This document shows, one piece after another, positions 24,939-38,245 of a stretch of DNA of 45,131 nucleotides. Location of the stretch: contig NMRA01000278.1 in assembly GCA_002633005.1 (NCBI GenBank), forward strand, positions 292,275 through 337,405. The letters are read 5' to 3'. This DNA comes from Phoronis australis. Lineage: Eukaryota > Animalia > Phoronida. Made by a program: the position numbers and the translations under genes. The stretch's first letter is position 1. Every line of letters starts with the position of its first letter. The notes under the pieces were generated by a model that was not told the origin of the DNA, searched no databases, and worked only from the letters and a program-made list of their open reading frames with translations.

Positions 24939-25230
24939 AGTATACAATGGGTCCCACTCAGGACTTCAGCAGGGCACTCGACTGATTACAGTATACGATG
25001 GGTCCCACTCAGGATTTCAGCAGTGCACTGGATTGTTTACAGTATACAATACGTCCCACTCAGGACTTAGCAGTGCACTGGATTGTTTACAGTATACAAT
25101 AGGTCCCACTCAGAACTTAGCAGTGCACTGGACTGATTACAGTATACAATGGGTCCCACTCAGGACTTAGCAGTGCACTCGACTGATTACAGTATACAAT
25201 GGGTCCCACTCAGGACTTCAGCAGTGCACT
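24939..25230. repeat. About 51-bp minisatellite, about 6 copies
   Basis: Unit agtatacaatgggtcccactcaggactt(c)agcagtgcactcgactgattac. Confidence 0.9.
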
Positions 25231-25534
25231 TTTCATCAGAACACATTTCATGAATTCTTCATTCACTATACTGTTTCCATTTACTTCAATGATGAAGACT
25301 ACGTTGGTGAGTTTTGCACGCTGCTGCGTCACAGTACTTGCAATCAGCCAATGAGATTCACTGATGAACTTCCCATTGATAAAGCCTTTGGCTATACTAA
25401 GGAATTATGGGTAATTTACTTAGTAATACTTGACTGATGAATGTTGACACAATGTAACTAGTTTGTACATCAGGATGCTGAAACACCGCATCCAGGTGTC
25501 ACGTGACTTGAGTGTTTCCGTATTGTTGTTTCAG

Positions 25535-25648
25535 GATTCGCCGTGTGAACAGGTGATTCTGCGTGACATCAACCGTACGTTCCCCGCTCACGACTTCTTC
25601 AAAGAAACAGGCGGCGACGGGCAGGACGTCCTGTTCAAGATCAGCAAG
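25535..25648 (+). CDS. RABGAP1: RABGAP1 TBC exon with arginine finger (ILRDINRTFP)
   Basis: IxxDxxR motif, tttcag| and |gtactt. Confidence 0.96.
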
Positions 25649-25946
25649 GTACTTCTGTTTCAGTGCACTAGGTGGCGCTTTATACATTGTTTAATTTCAT
25701 GTTTCAAAAGTTCCTCATTATGTAATTGTCTATTTTCATTACCAAGAATTGAATATATAACTATTCGTAGTAAACATCCTTGGTCACAGAATCTTAATAT
25801 AGTTATAATATAGTTATATATTTGTGTTTTCATCAGCTCAGATTGGTATCAAAACCAGTGTACACATGCAGAAATCCGTACAATCATGTCGTTGTTTCAT
25901 CAAACTGACTCCAAGTTCTTAATAATGTGTATTCTCTGCTTCTTAG

Positions 25947-26021
25947 GCCTACTCACTATATGATGAAGAGGTGGGATATTGTCAGGGTCTCTCCTTTCTG
26001 GCAGCCGCCCTCGTGCTTCAT
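25947..26021 (+). CDS. RABGAP1: RABGAP1 TBC exon with glutamine finger ([25 protein letters not shown])
   Basis: GYxQG motif, tcttag| and |gtaagt, 75 nt. Not in the ORF track. Confidence 0.96.
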
Positions 26022-26124
26022 GTAAGTCATCTTGGCACTACATGTGTTGGTGTCGGGAAATTGATGTGTGCTGTACATCTTAGATGATGGGAGTGTTTTC
26101 AGGAAAATTGTGTCTAGAAATTCT

Positions 26125-26202
26125 TTTGGTCCAGGTCCAGGTAGATTCATTTGGTCCAGGTCCAGGTAGATTCATTTGGTCCAGGTCCAGGTAGATTCAT
26201 TT
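26125..26202. repeat. 25-bp tandem repeat x3
   Basis: Unit tttggtccaggtccaggtagattca. Confidence 0.9.
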
Positions 26203-26891
26203 CAATGTTTGCATATCATGAGAAATGCCACCCAAATCCCATTCAATACTAAAACTGGAAATACACACCCATTTCAATATGTGACTGAAAATTGGCTCAT
26301 TTTCATACTAACATGGGCAAAAACCATACCCATTTAACGATCCAAGTCAGCAAAAACCACTTCTCATTGGAACATTGCTCGTCTCAACAGCCCATATGCA
26401 TTGGCCCGTACCAAGGAAGAACTCCTGGTATTGCCTTCAGTATATTCACTCCGGGTTCACTCTGATTTTCGACACAAAGTTAAAACCCATCATAGAGAGA
26501 CTAGTGTGCTAGTTATGATGGCGCTTATTTTGAGTTGCGTTGCTTGTTGCCATCGGGGGCTTTAAGAGAAAAAGTTATCATTTTGTTGTCGAAAAATCTC
26601 GTATAGAGTTTAGAGGTTAATCTTGGTGGAGCAGTACACAGTCGCCAGTACATGATGTCACAATGAAATTGTAGAACTGTGGAACTGAAAACTCAACAGT
26701 CCACCATTGTTACATATAGCAACTGTGATGAACTGAAGTCAAGTCACTATCTCATGTGCCTGTATCCTCGTAAATTCCCTGCAACAATTGTTGGTGCCAG
26801 ACTAGCATGCTTTATCTTGGGTGAAGCTAATGTTGCATCAGTATCTCACGTACACATATCGTATCCTCATAAAATCTCCTATAACTTTCAG

Positions 26892-27017
26892 ATGCCAGAG
26901 GAACAAGCTTTTGCCGTCTTGGTCAAGCTGATGTTTGATTATGGCCTACGACATTTCTTCAAAGATGGATTTGAAGAGCTACACATGAGGTTTCACCAGC
27001 TCGACAGCTTGTTGAGG
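26892..27017 (+). CDS. RABGAP1: RABGAP1 TBC exon (MPEEQAFAVLVKLM...LDSLLR)
   Basis: tttcag| and |gtaagt, 126 nt. Confidence 0.95.
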
Positions 27018-27450
27018 GTAAGTGACTTGGACTGTGTAGTTTGGGGATTTTTTCTTTTTGTCAAAAATGTGGGAAATTTTGGAGCAAAACGTGTGGTTAA
27101 TTTTCAGATAATTGTTTCTGTCTCTTGATTCTGACTTTTCAGACGAATTTAGATAAAAGAAGATGTGGCCACTGTTCTTTCCAGTGTTTTGCTTTTCTTT
27201 TGTTTTGATACGTTACACGGATGTTTGGTACATGTTTTTTCATCACGATTGGTTGTTTAATGCCTTCCAAATTCTACACCCCTGCAAACTTGTGTTGATG
27301 TTCTGAGAAAACCTAGTTTGATCTGAATTTGTTGCCAGTTTTCTTCATGTACCCTGCCCTCTTGTGAATAAGTTCAGGTGAGGCTCTCTTGTATGCAGCT
27401 TGCCACCCGCTCACAAAGTAACTTCAGCTCTCGGCCTCTACCCACTGCAC

Positions 27451-27613
27451 CTGTCAGTTCTTCACATAATACCAGTTTCCACTGTCAGTTCTTCACATAA
27501 TACCAGTTTCCACTGTCAGTTCTTCACATAATACCAGTTTCCACTGTCAGTTCTTCACATAATACCAGTTTCCACTGTCAGTTCTTCACATAATACCAGT
27601 TTCCACTGTCAGT
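27451..27613. repeat. 31-bp minisatellite x5
   Basis: Unit ctgtcagttcttcacataataccagtttcca. Confidence 0.95.
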
Positions 27614-27688
27614 TTGTGCTGAAAACTAGTGAGCCCCCAAGCAGGCGACTCACCTGTCTCTCTCACAATGTCACCTTCCATTCCACAG

Positions 27689-27832
27689 GACCTGGTTCCA
27701 GACTTGTACCAGCATTTTCAGGACCTTCAGCTGGAGTCGCACATGTACGCCTCACAGTGGTTCCTTACTCTCTTCACGGCCAAGTTCCCACTGTCTCTCG
27801 TCTACCACATCATTGACATATTCATGTGTGAG
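27689..27832 (+). CDS. RABGAP1: RABGAP1 TBC exon (DLVPDLYQHF...MYASQWFLTLF...IFMCE)
   Basis: ccacag| and |gtaagc, 144 nt. Confidence 0.95.
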
Positions 27833-28064
27833 GTAAGCAAGTCCAATGTGCTTTGTCCAATGTTATTCAAATTATTGTGTGAGGTAAGCAAGTCTGTGTG
27901 AGGTAAGCAAGTCTTGGGCTTTGTCCAATGTTATTCAAATTATTGTGTTCTGAAATTAGAGAAACTAAACCACGTTCATTCATTCAGTTGGCATGTTCAG
28001 CTCAACACATTGAAAAGGTTCGACATTTACTCTGCACTTCTCTGTTACTCTTATTGTGTTGTAG

Positions 28065-28106
28065 GGTCTAGAAGTTATCTTCCATGTGGCCATTGCCTTG
28101 CTTAAG
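28065..28106 (+). CDS. RABGAP1: RABGAP1 TBC exon (GLEVIFHVAIALLK)
   Basis: ttgtag| and |gtaaga, 42 nt. Confidence 0.92.
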
Positions 28107-28206
28107 GTAAGATTCTACATAGTTTCATATGTGCTGCAGACTTGTAAACGACTCATATTGCTTTTTCCGACATTTATACCATTTTTGTTTACACTTGAAT
28201 ATTATT

Positions 28207-28424
28207 CAGGGATCATTTTAGTAAAAGGTGGGTATGGGTGAATTTGCCATTATCACGCCATGCCTATGGGACAATTTGGAGGAGCTATGGGCCACGTTAG
28301 TTTTTGATTTACTTTGTTTAAAATTTTAGTGGGCCCATTGGCCCAGCTTAGGCAATAATGACAGTGCGTCAGTGACATAATTTTTGCGCCAATGACATGG
28401 TTCGTGCTCCTAAAATTATCCCTG
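28207..28424. mobile_element. hAT-like MITE
   Basis: TIRs cagggatcattttag / ctaaaattatccctg (14 of 15 match). No clean 8-bp TSD. Confidence 0.6.
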
Positions 28425-28559
28425 TTTATTGGTAATTGTTATGCAGTTCTGTTGCTTATAACTGCTGTGTTTTGCTGCTTGTGCAGCTTGACATTGTGAG
28501 TGTGTGAAGGGGACCTTCTGATAATAACCTCATGTGTATATATTTAGTGTGTAGCACTT

Positions 28560-28760
28560 CTAATGCGCCCACATAATTATAATTATGTGGTCACATGATG
28601 TTTTCCTCATCCTGTCGGGGAATTCGAGTATGCCCTTGATACCTCACAAAACCATGGTTGGTTCTTGATAAAATTTTGCACAATTTTGTATTCCACTTCT
28701 TAATTTGTCCCCAGGGCTAGTGTGGGCGGAGCTTTTCAATGTTTTTCTGGATGATATCTA
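28560..28760 (+). mobile_element. Degenerate HINE (Helentron-associated)-like fragment
   Basis: Hairpin ccacataattataattatgtgg resembles the start of the element at 44853. Core-like ttgataaaattttgcaca. Confidence 0.45.
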
Positions 28761-30731
28761 GACAAGCAATGGACGGATGTCATTGAATCTTTTTTGTATA
28801 TTTATTTCATTCACAAGAGGGGTTTATATAGGATTCCAAAACTGGGAGTCCAAATTTTCCTCCAAAAAATTGACCGAACATGCCTTTTCCCGCCAGCACT
28901 GGTTGTTCCCTGTTACCATTGCTGTCACGGCGCTATGTAGTTGTGTATCCTCCTGTCTCATGGCATAGTACAGTGAAGTGGAAATAAAAATGTTATTGAT
29001 GAAACATAAATCATTTGTTTATTCAATGACTTCAAAATGAAAGTCTGCTCTTATTGTGTTTGAAATTGTAAACAGAAACGCTTTACTCAAAAAACTTTCA
29101 TACTAGTGATGTCAGCATTGATTTAGTCCAAAAAGGCTTAACGAGAGGTAAACTTCTCGGCAGCAATGTCCTGTCTTCACGAGAAGTATACAGTGAAATG
29201 TCTTACTTGAGCCAGTTGCATTTTTATCTTACGTGAAGTAATGCATTGAAAATCAAAAATATGTAAGGATGCGGCTGCATGGTTTCTTGTAATTGTCGGG
29301 GTGTGTCGTTAAGGTTACGTAAAATTTCATCCTTTTCAGTTTCGGACAAAAATAAGTTTAAAAATTGGTCTTTTTTCATCTTCAAGGTCTTTCCGTGAGC
29401 ACCCACAAGTTTTCAAAGTTTTGTGTGATTGTATATATCATGGCAAAGTATTAATTCAGTGCTCTATATTTTGTGTGAAAAATGAGAAAAATTCAGCTAT
29501 CGGCCATATTGATTTTACCTTGCTGTGTGGATTTCCTGCATTTTCCACTCGGATGTCTTCAATTCTCTGTGTATGGTGATATGGTCAAAACTCAAATTTG
29601 GGAGGGTAAAAAGTTGTTTTGCTCACAGTCAGAGTTTGCTCTAAATTTTAGAAGTAGGCAATATTGGCCCTCGCAGATTTCAAAATAACGATGGTTGACA
29701 AGTGATCGTTCACCTCATTACAGGGACTCGTAAAAGTGTTTGTACTGGGGAGTTATTTTGAACTAGTTACCTGAGGTCTATTTTCGGACTTGTACAAAAC
29801 ATAGTGGCTGATACTGGAGAAAGTATGCTGTTCTCCCTATTTTCAGAATCAAGAAAAGTGAATTTCAGCTTAAATTAGGCTGTCCAATACTTTAGAGACT
29901 TCCAAACTGGAGAATTTTTACTGTAATTAGTTCTGGATACAAAAAAATTAAAATAACCACTTACTATTTTTGTTAGCTGTATTTTACAATCAAGTTAACA
30001 ATGTTTACATGTTTAAGTGTTTGAAGTTGAAGAATGTCTGGCAATGTTATTTCTTAACCAAAGTTTTTGCTACAGTAACTGTGCTAGTAGTTTTTGTTGT
30101 TAAAGCCACTTTTGTTTTCCTCTGTTCCATGAAATAGAATGAATTTGACCTCCATGTCAATACAGTTTTCACCTGGTCTCTCAATACTACAGGTAGCACA
30201 ATCAATATTCTATAACTTATTCATGGTTTGGGGACATATTCATTGGCATTTAATTTACCTGATCAATTTTCCTATTGGTCACAATTAAGTCATTCATGGT
30301 TTGGGGCCATGGAAAGGTTTACCTATTGTTGAGAGTGGATAATCTCTAGTTGGCCTTGTGACTAACCATGTATATTAGTGGGTATTTTGAAGTTGGCCTC
30401 TATGATGATGTGTAGTTTAATATAGTGGCATTGAGGACTGTGATAATGGATGAGAGCAGAAAATATATTCCCAACCACCAGCATTGTGTCAAGTCATATT
30501 TGTGCCAAGTCATGTTCCTGTTGAAATCCATTTAATTCCGAGCTATGCCACACTGCTATGCCACACAGTTTAACAATAAGTGGATAGCATAACCCACATC
30601 TGCTGTGTGCTCTATAATCACCGGCTTGTTGTAGTCCATCAGGATTACTGCGCCGTAGCTGAATCAGCTGTTTCTTGCTGAGGTAGTCGTTGGCTAACCT
30701 TAGTTGTAGCAGTGTCAACACAGTCTTGAAA

Positions 30732-30887
30732 ATGGGCTCGCGCGAGTATCGCACACCTGTCAGCATGTTTAGTCTTTTGGTTGAGGAAGAGAATAATCTG
30801 TCAGACAGTGACCAGGAGATCATGATTATCAGCAACGATTTGGACAAAGGTGTGCTTTCAATTGAGCCCATGGAGGAGTCAAAGCAG
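30732..30887 (+). CDS. Candidate alternative first coding exon for a short isoform (MGSREYRTPVSMF...PMEESKQ)
   Basis: aaaATGG start, 52 codons of protein-like composition, cag|gtgaga phase-0 donor 67 nt before the exon at 30955. Confidence 0.65.
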
Positions 30888-30954
30888 GTGAGAAATGTTA
30901 CTTGAAACCACTGTTATTATGTTTGCTAACGCGTTGACCTCTCTGTCCACGCAG

Positions 30955-31083
30955 ATGTCACGTAAGGACTTACTGGCGTTGGATTTCGAGGGTGCGCTCA
31001 AGTATTTCCGAGTTCACTTGCCAAAGAAGTACCGCACAGAGGAGAATGCACGAGAGTTGATTGAGGTGGCGCTCAAAACGAAG
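30955..31083 (+). CDS. RABGAP1: RABGAP1 exon (MSRKDLLALDFEGALKYFRVHLPKKYR...KTK)
   Basis: acgcag| and |gtagga, 129 nt. Confidence 0.94.
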
Positions 31084-31309
31084 GTAGGATGATAGTGGAT
31101 CTGGGTGCTCTCCGGGTACTCCCTGTTGCTTTTGTTTACTTTGATATGGGCTAGACAGTGTTCTTTCTAGCCAGGCGGAATTTTTTCCCAGACACTGCAT
31201 CACTTTGACCAAAATACATGTTGGCATTGAAATAATCATCAAAACCTGTCAGCAGAGCCATGTAGCCATGTAGCCATGTTTTATGTTCACACGGCATTGT
31301 TTCCTCTCA

Positions 31310-31409
31310 TATTGTTACTATTAGTATTAGTATTATCATCATCATCACCATTATTATTGTCACCATTATTGTTATTATCATCATTATCATTATCATCATC
31401 ATCATCAGC

Positions 31410-31463
<54 letters not shown>
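31310..31463. repeat. (ATT/ATC)n trinucleotide microsatellite
   Basis: Directly visible. Confidence 0.95.
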
Positions 31464-31765
31464 GTGGTTGCAAAATGCCTTGTTAATAAGACTGGAAAGC
31501 CAGTTAATGTGTGTGCTGTGTGGTGAAGCCTGTATGAATGTATGTATATGTGTGAACTCATTTACCATAAAAGGTTTTATGCTTGCGTCACTGACATCAT
31601 TTTTGCATTGGAAATAGCAGAGATAATAGTAGCAAGCGGGCAATGAGAAAGAGACAGCTGACTGGCAGTTGATTAACTAGTAAAATGCCAGTCAATTATT
31701 TCCCACGATGCATTTCACATAATGGCCGTAGCATTGCGGCAGTGTGCATGGTAGACTTCCCCGAG

Positions 31766-32000
31766 GCCCGTTTCATGAAAAGTTACTTATGAAATACGGT
31801 GTTAAGTTCCACACAATTGGTAAAAAGTAATTAAATCTGCTACATCTCTCGGTGAAATCACACACATAACTGCTAGTTGTTGAGATAATTTCTATAAATT
31901 ATTTCTAGACTGATGCACTCATAATTGCTTGCCTTAACGTTTATTCAGTGGGTAGCGCAAGACCAAATCTCTATCTTAAGTAGCTTTTTATGAAACGGGC
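31766..32000. mobile_element. MITE with 24-bp TIRs
   Basis: gcccgtttcatgaaaagttactta versus the reverse complement gcccgtttcataaaaagctactta (22 of 24 match). Confidence 0.75.
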
Positions 32001-35000
32001 ACCTGCATTCACTGCACAGTCCTGTTGTACCATGGATATGATGTGTTTGTCTAATTCTAATCATCACTGTGATATGCTTGATTAGAAAAGCTCATGTTCA
32101 TAGCTTATTGCTGTCAGGTACTTGTGGATGTCCATATGTCTGATGTTGTGTTGCTATATATTTGTGCATTAGAATTTCACCAATTGGGTAAAGTAGTACG
32201 TGGCCCAACATGCCTTTTTTTGGGCTTCTGTCACATTGCTGTGAGTTACCGCGCAGCGTTGGGTGGTGATACCTTGTGTGCTGATGCAAACCATGCTAGC
32301 AATAGACTAAAATTTTCTTAATCTTTAAATTCTTGTGGAGAAATTTGACAAAACAGAATCTCACTTGTCGCCCATATTGTGTGCTAAGTAAGGAAAGAAG
32401 CATGGTACTGTAATCAAGGTAAAGTTGCTGCAATAAAACGTAATAATGTAATATTTGTGTTGGATGATAGGTCATTCTTCAGCAGTGTCTGCTTATGGTT
32501 TAATGGTTGAGGTTGGGGCTCAAATCTCTAACCATGGTACTCTTGTGGCCTTCGGTAGATGGGCATGTCCTGATAGTAAGCGGAGGGTGTATAGTGTGGT
32601 GCTATGTGGTCCTTTTTGGAATCAAAAGTGTATTTTTGGAAATGTGGTTTTCGTGGTTGCTGTGCAAAATATGCCTTTATGTTACAGCGAGGACAGAACC
32701 TAGGTTTCACTAAAGGGTTTCTAGTTCTTTCTAAGGACGCTATGGCACCAATGTACATATAGGTATTTGTAGGATCTTGAAAAGGGGAAGTAGTGAATGA
32801 AAATGGACTTTTGTACAGTCTGAGATAGAACCCTGTTTGCAGTGTCACATTCAAGGCATGTTTTTGGCTAAAGTTGATTTTTTTCCACCTGTCCCTGAAC
32901 CTGTTAGAGTCTAGGTGCTTGCTGGAGATTTTGAGAATGAATTTGGTGCGATGGGACCTTAATTCTAGCAACTATTTCTATACCGCATATAAGACATTCA
33001 TGAGAAAGTAAATGGGACATCTGATTGGCAGGCAGATCAGAGGCTTAAAACAAACTCTCAGCCAAGTTTCATATTTACCGTTTTACAAAGAATGAGCCTG
33101 ACGTAGGGTGAGAAAGTGATTAAATCACATCGCTAGCAACTACTCCATACTGGAGGCCAGCAATATGGCAGGGAAGGATTCTCTTGCATTAACATATTTG
33201 TTAAACTTGGCAAAATTCAACAAAAACAACTTAAAATCTGAAGATCGTGTCACAGGTTATGTGGTCCATGCATATTACCATATTAACGTTGTGTATTCTA
33301 AAACTAGATTTTAATGGTGGATTTCTAGTTGTAACGTTTGGCAATGTTTAGAACCAAGATGGCGGAATGTCCTTGATGAATCCAGTAAGATCGCAATTTC
33401 CATTCCCATTAATGCGGAAGGTGCTAATATTCTGACCAATCACACGTGATCACCACGCGTGTGCAGAGCCTTAACACAAATCCTGTCATTGTAATGTTGG
33501 CTTCTCACAGTCAGAAGATGGATCTGCCATGTTATTTGGAGTAGGACGATAAGATTGCAGATTACGTGTCTGGCGAGTGTTCACATTTGAAATTTTTTCA
33601 GACTACAGATCAGACGTATATAACCTTTCTTCTGATTGGATGGAATTTAAGCTCTATATACGTGCCAACAACACCTTCAGACTAGTTAAAAGTAAACCGT
33701 TTAAAGTGATCTGAATCAAAAATTGTTTTCTGACTTGAGGCAGCTAAAATTAACTTCTTGGAAATACACATAAATTGATCACTTTTGCTGGCACTTAATT
33801 TTTGCTGTGTCAGCTGTTGCGCCAACTGAAAATAATTGCTGTGTGTGAATTTTCTTTTGTGTTCTCAATTAGTGTTTGTTAGGGTTGTTCTAGTGAATAA
33901 GTCTGTTGATTGATTGGTGGTTAAAGGTTGTTGACAACTTTTCAGTCCTGGCTGTTTTTTTTTCATCGGTATTAGTTTAATAATGACCTCTTCCCTTGTT
34001 CAGTTTTTTATTGATCATGAAAGTTAATCATTAAATATCACCTGATTCAACATTTACTGTCTTTGAATGAAGATCGCTCTTTTGTTTCCTCTGTGTGTGT
34101 GCATATTGGGGTCATCTATGTCTGGGCGTCCAGACGTCCGGTGTGCGCTGCTGTTTCTGGAAAACCCCTTGCGGGTTGGTGTATTCAGTAGGCTACGAAA
34201 ACTCACGAAAATTAATAGTGCGTCTTTTGAGAATTGGAATGAAATATCTTACGTCAAAATTGCACGTGAGTTTTTCGACGTGAACTGAAAAAGTCTAAAA
34301 TTTGTTGTTCAGAGCTAGTGGCAGTGTAATGTGGCGTCCAAAATCAGTTATAATAAAATTGCAATATTTAAAAAAGATTACATTACTTAAAATGTCTCAT
34401 TCAGTATTGAACTGCTGAATATATCTTTTGCTTTTCAATAGTTTAGAAAACGATGGAGACAGAGATCAATATTTTGAGTGAATTGTCCGTAATAGGCTGC
34501 CAAGTCATAATTAAAGTCGCAACACTTGAATCGCCATCAATTCCGGTTATTTCTTTAATTATCGTCTAACGTGGTTGCCATGGCTACCTCGTGAATGTTA
34601 GGGGCTTTATTGTGACTAAGGAAGGAAACACCAAGAATGTTACCTTGAATGATAATATGTGGCTGGTTGCTTAGTTACAGTTGATAAATCTTCAGCTGAA
34701 TTTTGTTCAAAATACCTTTTGAATACACCGATTGGTCTGTCTGCCTTTTTGATAGTGCCATAATTACATTTCAGCTGATTTGAAATTTGTAAAGTTTCGA
34801 AACGGGTTTTATATTCTGGTTTTCCTTCATAATGTATAGCCAGCCTGTCTTTGTACTAGATTACTATTGGCCATTTGACTATTTCCCCAACTTTCTCCAC
34901 GTCAACTCTGCGTTTCTTCTATGGAATGTTCTGGCTAATATTCAAACATAAATTGTTCTTTGATTCTCATTTTGTTGTCTTCATAACTTTGTAATTTAAA

Positions 35001-38000
35001 TGAAACTCTCAGTAACCCATGGTTACCCACCCCTCCATCCTCAAGAGCAGAATTTTAGTTATTTCAATTTTGAATTTGGAAACTAGAAAGTCAGGCTGAG
35101 GGTTAAACCGATTACTTCTAAGTGTGGGTGTGCAAAAGAATAATTGCTAAAACTTCAGCTGTGGGTGATTATACTGAAGGGATACAGCACAGATGATGCT
35201 TGAAGGAAAGGGGATGGTTGAAAATGTCACCACTTGTTTTTGCTTTAGGTAGGCCTGTTATGAATAGAAGCTTAAGATATTCAATTAATCCTATAGCTAA
35301 TCATAGGTTTACAACATTTGAACAATAATTGAGGTGTCATTTTCAAAGAGCTTGCTTAGTGGAGCTATTGATAAATATTGGTACCCCTTGTATGACTTCA
35401 ACATGCACTCTGTTCCCTTTGTGCTGGTTTCAGCTCAACTCATCACTTTTTATTGGCAAAGCCTGCTCTGTTTCTTGCATAACTTTTGTTTAAATTTTGA
35501 AAAATCAGCAGGGGTTTCCCTGTACGTGTAATTTTCTGGTCAATAACCTATGTTGTTTACTAAACCTTCAGTATGGAAGAGGTGGTCATTAGCATGTGAC
35601 CAGAACAGTGACTAGTTAAAGATGTGCTTGCATGCTCCTAACTGTGCTAATGTATAGCAGGAACTAAAGGACAATGTATCTTTAATGATGTGCTTGCATG
35701 CTCCTAACTGTGCTAATATAGAGCAGCAACTCAACGACAGTGCTATTTGAACATCATCTATGCTAAACAAAGTGCAGTTGTATTTACTGACAACTTGTAA
35801 ATGTGAAAACAAAAAATTCTGCAAAGGTGACCTTGAACTAATAACGTGCCTTGGGGGTTCACATAGCCCCCATCATGCAGTGTTATTCCTCAGCATCACA
35901 TTAGTTACTTGATACGGTTCAGTGATTTGTAGCGAATCATTTTCGCCACAAAACTCGTTCTTAAAAGGGTTAGGCAATTTTCAACTTAGTTGTATGCGCA
36001 CCGGTCGCTACGTATGTGATGTTTTTATAACTAATTTGACCAAGCAATCACAGAGATATGAAATTATCCTGCAAGTTCCACTTTAAGTAGGATGGTTAAG
36101 TAACTTCCTGTGTATATTTGAGTGGAAACAATTGTCAAAGTCAGTTTGTCCTTTTTAAGAGACATTATCAGTGGCCAAAAGTGCATCTGGGGATTGGTGT
36201 TGAATCCTATTTCTTGAAGTTGTGAGTTTTAACGTGAGCTATAAAACAAGAAAGATATGTTTTTTGTGATTTTGTTATAAATATCTAATTCTTGGGGTTG
36301 TCTTCCCGACATATGGTGTAATCAAAGGTTGTGTCGTCACCATTTGAATACTCTTAAATAGTCTGCTACGCAACGCATGCAATTTGTGGTAGAATGTGGA
36401 GGTGCTTCTGTAATGTTAGTGGATCTATGGCTTATAATCCTATGCTAATTTCACTGAAATTACTTTTCTTGCTGAGAATGTCAATTAAAGAGACTTAAAA
36501 CACCACCTTGACCTAGTTACAGCTGTCTATATATAGCACTACTTGTACTTAAATGAAATTGTCTTAGTCATTCATTTTTGCATTGAAATTAAAAAAAAAC
36601 AGTTTAACAAAATTTCACTTTTCTCTCATATCGTATGGTAGCTTTCGTCGACTGTCAGCTAACTTTGTCAAAGTTATGACAAAAACCCAGAAGAAAATCA
36701 GATGAGAACATGAGATCTTTCACAGAAAAATTTTTGCAATAAACTTTTGTGACTTTTTGAAAAATACTCATAGAAGAAGTTTGACCATAGTTTGATTACA
36801 CACGTTATAATTACACGTGTTATAATTACACATGTTATAATTACATGTGTTATAGCCATTTGTGATTATAACTTGTATAATGCTACAACTGCATACGTTA
36901 CAAGTCAAAAGTATTCAGATGAAATGACCCGGCATTCCCCGTCATGACGACTGAACGGAAGCTGACTTCATCATTAGAACAGTGTTCCCTTACGACAGAG
37001 ACTGAAGGAGAAGTGATAGAAATACTTGTATGGTGGCTAAGCCATAATAGTTATTATTCATTATTTCTGCTGATAGAATTAGCTGTGATGACGTGGAAAC
37101 GATGTTTTGTCTGACTTTAGTCTTGTATCGTATGTTACTGTTACAAGACTTGTGTTGGACTAGCTATGAGTCCTGATTTTGCTGTTGAAAGCAAGATTTA
37201 CTTCTTAGAGGGACAGACTTACAGAGCTCTACTGAATTTGCCTTCATTTTGTGTGAATAAATTATGATAACATCATGTTCCTACCAGATACAGAAATTCT
37301 CCACTTATTTGGACAAAATAAATGAAATATATTTTCCTGATAATCAGGGGTGTGCCAAATAAGCAGAATATTTGGGTTTCGCAAATGCGAAATTAACTGA
37401 GTAATCAAACAGCCCTACCTGCCTGAGTGTGAATTTAACAAAATTCGGCCTATGGGTTGCATGGTGTTCCAATAAACACTAATTATAAACAAACTACTTC
37501 CATTTTGAGTGTTAGTGTATTGCCCTTCATTGGTTAAACACAGTTATGAACATAACACTCTGTGTGACACAACATTCCTACAGGTCACCCATATGACTAC
37601 ATGTTAACAGCAGGAGATATCCGGTATATATTGATGAATTAAGTAGTGAATATACAATATTCAAGCCTATTAACATAGTTAAACAGGTGTGTTTTACTGG
37701 AATTGATAACAGTGGTTGCATTGACATTTTGCGAAGTGCACTACTCACTGCGTGCGAATGAACTGTGCTAAGAAATGCCCACTAAGAAACCTTGTGCGAA
37801 ATAAGTCATGGACAAAGTATATTTTTCAAAATTATTGTGGGTTTGCGAAGTGAGCCAAGTATGCTAAATAAGTGTTCAGTTACTGTGTTATGGTGGATTT
37901 GATGTACATGATGAACTTTGGAATAAAGTTCAAGTACAGTCAGGAAGGGTTTATAGAATTTCTAATGCTCAATGTGTTGAACGCTAAAAAACAACGGATA

Positions 38001-38245
38001 CAGTGAAAATATACGGTAAGCTGAACTAGGATTTTCCTGATACTGAAATTTGGATTGACCCTAAATTTGGATTGACCTTTAATTTGAAATTCTAAAATTT
38101 GGTGCAAGCTCCAAAATGGATTGCAGCGATTATTGAGTTACTGTTTCTACTTGGAGAATTTTTACCAAATGAGATGTGTAGTGATGCTCTTGTGGTATTT
38201 ATTGTTGGTCCACACGCTGGCATTTTCCTCTTCGTTTGTTTTAAT

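Noticed and set aside
24507-25170. His/Cys-rich repeat ORFs and a CRISPR-like regular array
   Set aside because: These are head-to-tail 26-bp and 51-bp units with no spacers, inside a eukaryotic intron.
31276-31643. Poly-L/N/I ORFs
   Set aside because: Translation of a trinucleotide microsatellite.
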